From: Coniocarpon cinnabarinum
Lineage: Eukaryota
Reading direction: 5' to 3'
Length of the DNA stretch: 64,000 nucleotides
NCBI GenBank assembly: GCA_051942205.1
Contig: JAVECO010000023.1
Span: 1-64,000 of the forward strand
The notes under the pieces: generated by a model
Told to the model about the DNA's origin: nothing
What the model saw: only the letters and a program-made list of their open reading frames with translations
The model's database searches: none
Shown here: piece by piece, positions 52,302 to 63,407 of the stretch
Layout of the letters: the number at the start of each line of letters is the position of its first letter
Position numbering within the stretch: position 1 is the stretch's first letter
Made by a program: the position numbers and the translations under genes

Positions 52302-54877
52302 ATGTACGCAAGACCTTCCGCGTAAATGTGACTGATAAGCTGACATATTACAGGCACCGGCCTAGACCTGTACTGGTGGATCAAGAGAATCGTCCTCCTA
52401 CCTCTCAGAAACCAATACGTCTCTATGGTAGCACGCCGCAAAATGCCGACCGTCTTGTCCGGCCATTCAAATGCCCGGGCTCAGCCTATGCTGCACTCAA
52501 TCAGAGGACGTCGGACAAGCCCGCCCGCAAACGCCGGAAAATCAGTTACGCTGGAGCAGACGGCGGCAAAGGCTCGGATGACGAGGACGGTGGCTATACC
52601 AATGATGATCGTCTTGCACTTGCCACTCGAGATATCAACCGATTTCCGGTGTTCAAGCCGAAGGACAAGGACACTATCTTCCGAAAGAGGTTCTCGCTGC
52701 CTTTTATTGACAAGGCCAGAGCAGAAGAGTACTGCACTTCACGTTCAGCTCCTTTGCTGGGCATGCGTCAGGGGAAGACTTTTGTCGCAAGACCTTTGCA
52801 CGATCCTTGTGCAGAGTTCGCAATAGTGCTGTATGACCCCACTATCGACGGAGTAGAAAAGGATTTGAATGATCCAGCCAACAAAGACGACATAGCCGAA
52901 GACCCAGCGCAGAAAGATGTCAACGCAGACGAAGACGTCCTCACAAAGAAGCTTGATGTCCCTGGAATGCATAAGAATCTTGCGGATATACTGGGACTCA
53001 AGAAGAACGTGGACGAAAAGAGCAAGAAAGTACCGGTCGTGATCGATCCGCGACTTGCAAAAGTACTGCGCCCACATCAGATTGAAGGTGTTCAGTTTCT
53101 ATACCGCTGTACCACCGGCTTGATCGACGAGAAGGCCAATGGATGTATTATGGCGGACGAGATGGGTCTGGGCAAGACGCTGCAGTGCATTGCGCTGATG
53201 TGGACCCTCCTGAGACAATCGCCAATGCCTGGCAAAGGCACCATCCAAAAGTGCGTCATTGCATGTCCTTCTAGTTTGGTGCGCAATTGGGCCAACGAAC
53301 TCGTAAAGTGGCTCGGCAAAGACGCCATCACACCCTTTGCGATAGACGGCAAAGCGTCGAAAGAGGAACTCACCCACCAACTGAGACAATGGTGCGTAGC
53401 CAGCGGTCGATCGGTCGTGCGGCCTGTCCTCATTGTGTCATATGAAACTCTGCGCCTCAACGTGGAAACTCTGAAGCAGACTCCCATCGGATTGCTCCTT
53501 TGTGACGAAGGGCATCGATTGAAGAATGGAGAGTCTCTTACGTTCACATCCCTCAATAGCCTCAACGTCCAAAAGCGGGTTATTTTATCCGGTACACCCA
53601 TCCAAAACGACTTGTCTGAATATTTCTCCTTGCTCAATTTTGCCAACCCGAACCTGCTTGGATCTCGTGCTGAATTCCGAAAAAACTTCGAGCTTCCGAT
53701 CCTCCGAGGTCGTGATGCTGCAGGCTCAGACTCAGCCCGACAGCGTGGCGATGAGCGTCTGGCAGAGCTCCTCAGCATTGTGAACAAATTCATCATCCGT
53801 CGCACTAACGACATTTTATCGAAATACCTGCCTGTCAAATACGAGCATGTCGTTTTCTGCAATCTAGCACCTTTTCAAAAACAACTATACAAACATTTCG
53901 TCAACTCACCTGAAATCAAGAGCCTGATTCGCGGCAAGGGATCGCAGCCCTTGAAGGCAATTGGCATGCTGAAGAAGCTCTGCAACCACCCCGACCTCCT
54001 CGAGTTGCCGGCGGACCTACCAGGCTGTGAGGACTTCTACCCTGACGATTTCTTGCCGAAGGATGCTCGCGGTCGAGACCGCGATGTCAAGCCCTGGTAC
54101 AGCGGCAAAATGCTCGTCCTTGATCGGATGCTTGCCACAATACATGCTAACACAAACGACAAAATCGTGCTGATCTCGAATTACACACAAACCCTTGACG
54201 TCTTTTCTGCCCTCTGTCGACAGCGAGGCTACGGTCATCTTCGGCTCGACGGGTCAATGAATGTCAGCAAAAGACAAAAGCTTGTCGATAAGTTCAATGA
54301 CCCCGAAAATGTGAACGACACGGTGTTCTTGCTTTCGTCGAAGGCCGGGGGATGTGGCATCAACCTGATTGGAGCCAATCGTCTCGTCTTATTTGACCCT
54401 GATTGGAACCCGGCTGCGGACCAACAAGCCCTGGCTCGTGTCTGGCGAGATGGTCAAAAGAAAGACTGTTTCGTCTACCGACTGGTATCCACTGGCAGCA
54501 TCGAGGAGAAAATCTTCATGCGACAGTCGCACAAGCAGTCTCTCTCATCCTGTGTCGTCGACAGCGCTGAAGACGTTGAACGCCACTTCAGCTTTGACGA
54601 TCTGCGAGAACTCTTCAAGCTACGCGAAGACACCAAGTCAGAGACTCACGACACCTTTACATGTACGAGATGCAAGAAGACAGAGGATGGAGGATGGAAG
54701 CAACAGAGGAAGAGTAAAGGCATGTTATATGGAGATGCGAACAGCTGGAATCACTTGCCAGGTGGGAAAGCAAAGGGCCCCAAGGAGGGGACGCTGGAGG
54801 GTATCGAGGATCTGCTGCTGCGACAAGAAGCGGAATTTGATGAGGTAAGTGCTGTATTCCAATACATCAGTCACTAG
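52302..54877 (+). CDS. RAD54: DNA repair/recombination SNF2-family ATPase Rad54
   Basis: Rad54 N-terminal motifs (RPLHDP..EFAIVLYDPT, VPVVIDPRL), GCIMADEMGLGKT, CDEGH, SGTPIQNDL, QALARVWRDGQKK. Start inferred as AT|G across intron 52304-52353. Confidence 0.96.
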
Positions 54878-54987
54878 AGTGCTATAAGCCACCATGAGCA
54901 CCTTTTCAACTGTATATGAAGTTTGGAAGCAATACAGAAGTGCTCGTCTACGTGGTGGAATTTCCGAAGCTCGGTAGTGGGCCGACT

Positions 54988-55512
54988 ACGGCGCATCATA
55001 ACTACAAGTGGGTATAAATCCGTGCAGTTGTTTTTTGTGCGATTGTGACGTGCTTTGCAACTCTGAAAAGGTCGGGAGAAGGCTATTTGGAAGCGCTCAA
55101 ACGTGTGCGGCCGTATTTATGCCCTTTAAGAAGCCTCTGGAGGCTATTGTATTAGGTGCAGAAGCTCTGTATAGGGGTTACTGTTGCCGGCGTCCTCTTG
55201 GTAGGGTAAGAAATTAGGGCAGGGTAAGATTTAATATACATAAGATCGCGATCTAGCAGTGTAAGAGCTAAGATCTTCTTACTTTACTGAAAGGACGCTA
55301 GCGATAGTAACCCCTATACAGAGCTTCTGCACCCAATACAACAGCCTCTAGAGGCTTCTTGAAGGGCATAAATATACGGCCGCATACGTTTGAGCGCTTC
55401 CAAATAGCCTTCTTCTGACCTTTTTAGAGGTGCAAAGCATGTCTACAATCATACAAAAAGACAGCATACAGTCGCACCAAATTTATACCCACTTGTAGTT
55501 GTGAAGCGCCGT
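54988..55512. mobile_element. Fold-back / MITE-like element with long inverted arms
   Basis: Left arm 54988-~55212 and right arm ~55276-55512 are reverse complements (e.g. AACTACAAGTGGGTATAAAT / ATTTATACCCACTTGTAGTT). Spacer about 63 bp; no coding capacity; TSD ambiguous. Confidence 0.85.
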
Positions 55513-55842
55513 CCCGACGGCATCTGCCTATCTTGGCAATCACGGAAGCCCGGCCAAAGTCCCGCCTTTGCATTCAACTTCTACCTTACATATCGACCTA
55601 CCCAACGACTGAGGAACCTCAAAGCCGAGCCCAAACACCAAGGGAGCCCGTCGAAGGAAGGCTGATGCTTCTGTCTGCATGAATGCGGACCTGTGAGCAT
55701 TCAAACATCTCGTCCCTGTCAAGTGGGAAGCTGGACGCCTCCCACCAACCCGCTTTTCTGCAAATCTCCTAGCTTTCCGTCGATTCACCTAAGAGTGACC
55801 GCTGCAAGCGACAGCAGACATTTGTGACTACCAACAAGGAGG

Positions 55843-57372
55843 ATGGTCTGGCACGAATTGGCCCCGACAGCCCCCCATCTCACTTACTTTACCCTTTCCG
55901 TCTTCCTCATCATCTACTCCCTCTTCTCACACTTCATCCGAAACCGACTTCACTTGTCAGAACCGCCGCTAGCCCTACTGGTCGGAGTCATTATTGGTCC
56001 TGTGGGTCTGAACGCGGTCGATCCCAGAGCATGGGCCGGGAAGGATACCTTTATCCAGGAGTTTACGAGACTCATCCTTGGCCTTCAAGTGTTTGTCGTT
56101 GGTATCGAACTACCCCGACATTACTTCCCACGCCATTGGAAGTCGGTAGCATGGATGCTAGGACCTGTCATGACCTTCGGCTGGCTCGTCAGTGCTGGTC
56201 TCATAACACTGATCCTGAAGATTGACTTTGTCACTGCCCTGACCATCGCCGCTTGTCTCACACCCACAGATCCGGTACTGGCGGCCTCAGTGCTGAGTAA
56301 TTCACGTTTCTCATCACGTGTACCCAAACGAATCAAGCACTTGCTTTCCTGCGAGTCTGGGTGCAATGACGGTGTCTCGTTCCCTTTCCTATACGTTGGC
56401 CTTTCCATCCTCACATCAGCGACCGCTTCAGGGGCCGTAAAAGAATGGGTGTTTGAGAGTGTTCTTTACGAATGTGTCGTGGGCTCTCTCGTAGGCGGCA
56501 CGATCGGTTTGGCGGCTAATCGAGCACTACGGTTTGCGCATGGTCGCCAGCTTATCGATCGTTCAAGCTTCGTCGTCTTCTATCTGCTGCTGGCAGTACT
56601 GTCAGTGGGTATTGCCAGTACACTCGGCCTGGACGATTTCCTTGTTGCCTTCGGTGCAGGTGTAGGGTTTGCTCACGACGGCTTCTTTGCGGCACGTACC
56701 CGCGAGAGCAAGCTGAACAACGTGCTCGATTTATTGCTCAACAGCACCTTCTTCGTATTCCTTGGGACTGTGTTGCCATGGTCTGGCTTCTCACCACGCG
56801 AGATCACGCCGACACTGACACCTGGCCGACTGACAGCACTGCTCGCCCTCATCCTCGTGTTCCGTCGCATTCCTGCCACGCTTGCATTCAAGCGCTTCAT
56901 TCCCGACATTCGCACCTATCGCGAGGCTCTTTTCTGCGGTCACTTTGGTCCAATGGGGGTCGGCGGAATCTTTCTGGCCCTTGAAGGTCGTGCACAACTG
57001 GAGAATGGCACGAGCATTCCCGAAGACACGCCTGATAAATTGCGCCTACCTGTGGAAACGCGGTCCAAAGTCGAACTCATGTGGGCGGTGGTGCTGTTCA
57101 TCGTGATGGGTAGCACACTCGTGCATGGGTTCAGTGTCGTTGTTATCAGCATGTACAGCCACTTCTCGCGCGCTGGCAAAGAGAGGGCGAGACAGGTTGG
57201 CGGAGAGACACAGCCGTTGCAAGGGATGGTGCATGTGGACAGTGAAGGAGAGGAGACGCAAAGCGAAGAAGAAGAAGAAGAAGAAGAAGAAGAAGAAGAA
57301 GAAGAAGAAAGTGATGGAGATGAGGTGAGTGGTGAAAGAAGAGGCGGTGGTCAGATCAGATTGGACGAATGA
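55843..57372 (+). CDS. Na+(K+)/H+ antiporter, CPA1 family (Nha1/Sod2-like, short C-terminus)
   Basis: ACLTPTDPVLA, ESGCNDG, LGLDDFL, RRIP, FCGHFGPMGVG, GSTLVHG; intronless, 509 aa. Confidence 0.92.
   Translation: MVWHELAPTAPHLTYFTLSVFLIIYSLFSHFIRNRLHLSEPPLALLVGVIIGPVGLNAVDPRAWAGKDTFIQEFTRLILGLQVFVVGIELPRHYFPRHWKSVAWMLGPVMTFGWLVSAGLITLILKIDFVTALTIAACLTPTDPVLAASVLSNSRFSSRVPKRIKHLLSCESGCNDGVSFPFLYVGLSILTSATASGAVKEWVFESVLYECVVGSLVGGTIGLAANRALRFAHGRQLIDRSSFVVFYLLLAVLSVGIASTLGLDDFLVAFGAGVGFAHDGFFAARTRESKLNNVLDLLLNSTFFVFLGTVLPWSGFSPREITPTLTPGRLTALLALILVFRRIPATLAFKRFIPDIRTYREALFCGHFGPMGVGGIFLALEGRAQLENGTSIPEDTPDKLRLPVETRSKVELMWAVVLFIVMGSTLVHGFSVVVISMYSHFSRAGKERARQVGGETQPLQGMVHVDSEGEETQSEEEEEEEEEEEEEEESDGDEVSGERRGGGQIRLDE
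57265..57309 (+). repeat. Perfect (GAA)15 microsatellite encoding poly-Glu
   Basis: Directly visible; E15 tract in the antiporter tail. Confidence 0.97.
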
Positions 57373-57905
57373 GAGCGTGTACATGCTCATCCGTTGAGGA
57401 GTGAGAATACGCAAAGGCGCTTAGGCGTTCGGTGTCCTCGACTGTGGACTTGCCACGAGCTTCGATAATGACTTTGCCCCTGTCTACTGCAAGGGTAACA
57501 GATAGAGGGCGGTGCTGACCTTCACTCTGGGCGGCGCGCCTGTCTAAGAAGAATAATCTGACAGATGTACGGAGTATATGGTGCTATTCGGCGATCCTCC
57601 ATGCATCGTGGAAACACTCCGCACTACAGTCAGTACCTATGTATGTCCTACCGCGCCCAACCCCCTGCAACTGGGGGCTGGATCGCTAAAATTAGCGTCC
57701 TGGCCCCACTGCATAGCGGGCACTGGCGTAACTGGCAACAATAGATACCTAGTTCACCGTCCTCCTTGTGCATGGAGGACAATTTACCTTTGAAGTTCGT
57801 CCACAGGAGCTTCCGTTCCGCATAAGAGGCAATGATCGTCACCTTTGACTGCCTCTCGCCCACCAGCAGTGAATTTCCCTCCTCTCCCATGAGCCGCACC
57901 CCACC

Positions 57906-59876
57906 ATGTCCAACATCCTTCGACGCCGCATCATAGGCTCCGACACACCCACCAGTGAACCCTCGTCACGTACCCCCAGTCCCGCTCTTCCCGCCGACGA
58001 GGGCGAAGATGAGCGCGTCTCAGTGCCACTGGAGAAACTCAACAAGCTGAATGAACACCTACGGAAGAGCAGCCAGCAGAAGGGCAAAAAGCGCAGAACC
58101 GCATGGATCTTTGGCTTCGGCAGTTTGGTGGGCATCATCATTGCTCTTTTTTTGGGTCCAACGAGCGACGTCTTGGATCTGGCTGTGCTGAAACAGATGA
58201 ACCTGGATAGTCTTCTGGATGTCCTTCCTGCAGGGCTGTTGCAGGATGCGCAGGATCTTCAGGTACGTGACCACCGGCTCGACGCAATCCCTTTTCGCTG
58301 ACTGGATAGATCACTTACATGCCTTAATCTCTAGAGACACGAGCGTGATGCCATCGCCTACGACTCTTTCGCCATCGGGCTGCATGCCCGCAGTCAAGGC
58401 GTGGAGGCGACTCACCCTGTCATCATGATCCCTGGCGTCATTTCTACAGGACTTGAGAGCTGGAGCACTGAGCAAGAATCACAAGCGTGGTTTCGCAAGA
58501 GACTTTGGGGCAGTTGGAGTATGATGCGCGCCCTCGTCATGGACAAGCCTGCCTGGAAACGCCACGTCATGCTCGACAAAGAGACTGGTCTTGATCCACC
58601 TGGTGTCAAACTCCGTGCGGCGCAAGGGTTTGATGCCACTGACTTCTTCATAACAGGATATTGGATATGGAATAAGATATTAGAAAATCTCGCCACGATT
58701 GGTTACGATCCTACCAATGCCTTCACTGCAGCGTATGATTGGCGGCTGTCCTACGGCAATCTCGAAGTTAGGGACCAGTATTTCACGCGGCTCAAAATAC
58801 ACATCGAAACGGGACATCGCATATCAGGCCACAAGATCGTATTGCTATCGCACAGCATGGGCTCACAAGTCTTGTTCTATTTCTTCCACTGGGTGGAGTC
58901 AGAATTGGGCGGCAATGGTGGCCCTGACTGGGTGGAGACACATATCGATAGTTGGATCAACATCAGTGGCAGCATGCTTGGTGCTGTTAAAGATATCCCT
59001 GCTGTCTTGTCTGGCGAAATGAAAGATACAGCTCAATTGAACGCCTTTGCTATGTATGGCTTGGAGAAATTTCTCGCCCGGCACGAACGGGCTGAGATAT
59101 TTCGAGCTATGGCAGGCATTTCGTCTATGATGCCAATTGGTGGCAACGCTATTTGGGGCGATGAAAACGCTGCCCCAGACGATCCGCCTGGATCCAATCA
59201 TACCTACGGTCGTTACATCTCCTTTCGCAATTCTTCATCGCCCCATGCTGCCAATCTCACTGCGGACGATGTACTCCCCTACCTCTTTGCCCACACCGAA
59301 CCCTGGTACCGGCAACAGATTGAAGGGAACTACTCTCATGGCATAGCTTATACGACTGAGGACGTCGAAAAGAACCAGCATATCCCCCGAAAATGGATCA
59401 ATCCTCTTGAGACGCGATTGCCGCTTGCCCCGTCTCTGAAGCTCTACTGCTTCTATGGTGTCGGTAAGCCGACTGAGCGCTCCTACTTCTATCGTACAGA
59501 TAACGATCCGGCTACAAAAACTGAAGTCACCATCGACACCCATCACACAGACTCGAGCATCAATGCAGACCACGGCGTAGTCATGGGCGAAGGCGACGGA
59601 ACCGTCAATTTGCTAAGTCTCGGATACATGTGCAATAAGGGCTGGAAGATCCCACGGTACAATCCTGCCGGAGTCAAAATCACAGTGCAAGAGATGCCAC
59701 ATGAGCCGGATCGATTCAGTCCAAGGGGCGGACCCAACACAGGGGACCACGTGGACATCTTAGGACGGAGTGGGTTGAATGATCTGGTGCTGAAAGTCGC
59801 TGGTGGAAAGGGTGACCTGGTTGAGGAGGAAGTGGTGAGCCGAATCAGGGAATATGCCGAGAAGATCAAGATATGA
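57906..59876 (+). CDS. LRO1: Phospholipid:diacylglycerol acyltransferase (LCAT family)
   Basis: N-terminal TM; intron 58263-58334; HPVIMIPGVISTGLESW, AAYDWRL, SHSMG, GEGDGTV, DHVDILG. Confidence 0.95.
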
Positions 59877-60199
59877 TGCGTCGCTCTCATAGGTAAAGAT
59901 GCGTCTGGAAACGCAGAAGCATGGCATAGCGCGGGAAAGCACGACGTAATCCTGTTGTTGCTGCGAAAAGCGATAGACGGAGGTCAATGATACCCTGTGG
60001 TGTTGGACACGTACGTTTGAATGTAAACCAAAGCGGCTTTATGAAGAGAGACCTCCTAAGCAATGACACATACAAAAAGAGGTCTACCTGACAGTGAGCA
60101 GTCTTCACTACGAAAGGTATGGACACATCCTGGGAGAGGCGCAAAGGATGCACTATTACCTAATTCGAGATCAGGCAACAAAATAAGGCACAATCCTCG

Positions 60200-60245
60200 T
60201 GATAGCTATCTCGAAGGTTCAGGCTTCGGCAAGCAGACCTTATCA
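60200..60245. promoter_or_regulatory. Cluster of three HGATAR sites (possible AreA/Nit2 nitrogen regulation) upstream of allantoinase
   Basis: TGATAG (60200), CTATCT (60206) and CTTATCA (60239), about 300 bp before the ATG. Confidence 0.4.
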
Positions 60246-60528
60246 CAATCATACTTCAGGCTCTTAAGCCAAAAGCATTACGGCAAATACACTCTAGGCA
60301 TTATGGAGCACCGTATCACGCCGCGGCAAGCAATGATCCCGGCTGAGGCAACATGCCCTCTACCCCTGTTTTGGTAGATTCCTCTTACGTTCAAACATGT
60401 CTTACTCCATCCACATCCTGCCTGCGACAGCATCTACACTGAAATCGGACTTTAATTTGCGTCTGATGGGTCCGCAGAGGCTGACGTCCCTCTAGAGAGA
60501 GTAGACCTCCTTCTCCTTGATCAGTCCA

Positions 60529-62274
60529 ATGGCTGCCTCAGCACCTCGACGTGACCGTCTCATCGCTCTCACTTCCACCCGTGTACTTCTTTCTCACACT
60601 CAATCTTACCCTGGCCCGGGCGCTGTTTTCTTCTCCCCTACTTCAGGCCGCGTCGTGGACATTCAATCTGAGCACTTTACCTCGATTCCCTTTCATCTTG
60701 TAGATGCATTTGCAGAATACGACGTCTCAATTGTCAACGTGAGCCCTCATGTCATTCTTCCGGGTCTCGTTGACACGCATGTGCACCTCAACTCGCCCGG
60801 CCGCACAGAATGGGAGGGCTTCGAGACGGGCACGCGCAGTGCCATCGCCGGCGGGATCACGACGGTTGTCGACATGCCATTGAACTCGATACCGCCAACC
60901 ACAAGCGTTGCTAATCTCAAGACCAAGGTAGACGCCGCCAAAGCTGAAGGCATCTGGTGCGACGTCGGATTCTGGGGCGGTATCGTGCCCGAGAACGCAC
61001 GAGGCGAGACCAAACGCGAGCTCAAGGCCATGGTGAAGTCAGGCGTGCGAGGTTTCAAAGGGTTCCTATGTCCGAGTGGTGTCGACGAGTTCGGCACGAT
61101 CCGTGAGGTAGCAATTGAAAGCGCCATGCAGGAGCTGTGGGGCACTGGCGCCGTTGTCATGTTTCATGCTGAGTTGGCGCATGATGAAGACGGATGGTCT
61201 CATCTCGAATCGTACGACGGCGATGGCGATGACTTTCAAGTTTTGGGCAACGACGATCAGGGTGGGAATGCGCACTTGGCGACAAGCAACTGTTATCCCA
61301 AGTCGTACATGAGTTTCTTGGCCTCGCGGCCGTCGTTGCTCGAGACCAACGCTATCGATCGACTTATTCGCATCGCTGAGCGAGTTATCTCTTCCCAGAA
61401 AGCTGAAAAACTCGCTCATTCGGGCGGTACAGAGGAAAGAGCGCCAACGTCCCCAACGAGTGACGGGCCAGGATTGAAGTTGCACATTGTGCATCTCTCC
61501 TCTGCCCAGTCCATCAGCAAGCTCGCACACGCTGCCGAAAGATGGTCTGCGACGGATCTGCAAATAACAGCAGAGACGTGCCACCACTACCTCATGTTCA
61601 GCTCTGACTCGATCCCGGATGGCGACACAAGGTTCAAGTGCTGTCCTCCCATCCGCAGCTCCAAAAACAGAGAAGCTCTGTGGGAGGACCTCACAGGTGT
61701 GCAGAAAAAGGGTGTCATAAGCACGATTGTGTCAGACCACTCGCCTTGTCCGCCCGCCTTCAAGCTTCTCCCCACTGACGTTGCAGGCGCTACGATGGAT
61801 GAACGCCAAGATGTCAACATCAATCCCGAATCTCCGGAGGCAGGTGAACAAGGCGATTTCACCAAAGCATGGGGCGGTATCAGCTCACTCGGCTTGTCAC
61901 TACCTCTTCTCAACACCGAAAGACGTAAGGGAAGACCCTTCGAACTCAACGACGTGGTGAGATGGTGCTGTTACAACACCGCCAAACAAGCCGGCGTCCA
62001 GAATCGCAAAGGCACTCTAGCGGTCGGCAAGGACGCCGACATCGCCGTTTTTGACGACACGCTGGAATGGATCGTTGGCAGCCATCGGCCATCATCCGAG
62101 ACGAGAATGCATGTACGTGAGCGAGAAGGCATGCACTGGCGCCATCAATGCAGTCCAAACGATGGTATGGCACTGGAAGGGAGGGTGCTTCAGACTTGGC
62201 TCCGTGGCACGAAAGTCTGGGATTTGAAGGAGGGGTTTGTTGGACAGCCGATGGGACGGACGTTGTTGGAGTGA
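60529..62274 (+). CDS. DAL1: Allantoinase (amidohydrolase superfamily)
   Basis: PGLVDTHVHLNSPGRTEWEGF, GGITTVVDMPLNSIPPTT, GFKGFL, FHAE, HIVHLSS, FKCCPPIR, SDHSP, AWGGISSLG; intronless. Confidence 0.94.
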   Translation: MAASAPRRDRLIALTSTRVLLSHTQSYPGPGAVFFSPTSGRVVDIQSEHFTSIPFHLVDAFAEYDVSIVNVSPHVILPGLVDTHVHLNSPGRTEWEGFETGTRSAIAGGITTVVDMPLNSIPPTTSVANLKTKVDAAKAEGIWCDVGFWGGIVPENARGETKRELKAMVKSGVRGFKGFLCPSGVDEFGTIREVAIESAMQELWGTGAVVMFHAELAHDEDGWSHLESYDGDGDDFQVLGNDDQGGNAHLATSNCYPKSYMSFLASRPSLLETNAIDRLIRIAERVISSQKAEKLAHSGGTEERAPTSPTSDGPGLKLHIVHLSSAQSISKLAHAAERWSATDLQITAETCHHYLMFSSDSIPDGDTRFKCCPPIRSSKNREALWEDLTGVQKKGVISTIVSDHSPCPPAFKLLPTDVAGATMDERQDVNINPESPEAGEQGDFTKAWGGISSLGLSLPLLNTERRKGRPFELNDVVRWCCYNTAKQAGVQNRKGTLAVGKDADIAVFDDTLEWIVGSHRPSSETRMHVREREGMHWRHQCSPNDGMALEGRVLQTWLRGTKVWDLKEGFVGQPMGRTLLE

Positions 62275-63407
62275 GCCGCACGATGCCAGTCAGCTCCTGG
62301 CGGCCACTCTTGGACCTAAAAGAAAATTTGCGGGATGGTATTTTTGGCAATAACTTCAGAGCTTTCACTGGGATATAGGCGAATACAGATTAACTCATTG
62401 CCACAAGTCCCAGTCTGGGTATCTACTAGACTTTTGATGTTACTCTGTCTGCCGCGGAAAATGTTACCGTGCAGCTGCTGCTCTATTATTATCTTGGGCC
62501 TTTCCAATTTCGCGGGGTTATAGGTAGAATAACAACATTCTTAAAGGGAACTCGGCTTGCTTGACTGATTATGAAGTATTGCAACCCTTACCGTACTGCC
62601 TTACTGGCAGATGCAGATTCGCGATAATCACACCACACAGTGATTTCATATGTTTTAACATTTCAATAGCGACTTGAGGTGCCAACACACATTTCTGAGC
62701 TATTTATGTTTGTCAAAGTTGATCGTATCGCTCCAGTGGTCAAGGAACGCCTGCGCGGATGGGTTTGCCTTTTCTTGAATGTTTACAATGACAAGGTGAA
62801 CATAAACACAAAACTAAAATGTGTATGACAGCTACTTGACCTTGTGTCTTGAGATGGAACCGTCGATAGGCGAGCGGCTTTGACAAACCTACCAGATCGC
62901 CATCAACTTTATAGACTTGAAAGACTTTGCACACTGAGAAGAACCCCCGTTAGAAATGCAGTTGCAGTCATGCTGATACCGATGCAAGTAACGCACAAGT
63001 AATCTGTGCATTCTCCACAAGTCTTGCATTGAACAGCGATGTGATCAATTTATACAAGTACGATTTTCAAATGTACATCTGTCAAGAGGCAACGCTGCGA
63101 CACTTTGAGCTTCCAATCTCTCACACTTTATGCAAACGTCTTTTCAAGGGGCAGAACATGCAAACGCTCCACTTGATGGAAGTTGTACTCATACAAGCCT
63201 CTTTTTGAACTCCATCAACTCTTCGCATCCACCCTTCACACTACTCGCCTCTCAACCGCGCACACCGTTGAGGGAACTTAGCTATTCCGTCGTGGATAGC
63301 TATGAGGCGCATTGCTCGTCTCCGCCGCAGGTGTCGTCCTGCAATACGTCAGTCCTGCAACCTCATCATTGCACTCAATCCATCATGTGCCGCGAAATAG
63401 TCCAAAC

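Noticed and set aside
53092..53862. 256-aa antisense ORF in RAD54, and similar shadow ORFs over SEC24, DAL1, LRO1 and the crotonase
   Set aside because: Explained by codon bias of the sense gene; no recognisable motifs.
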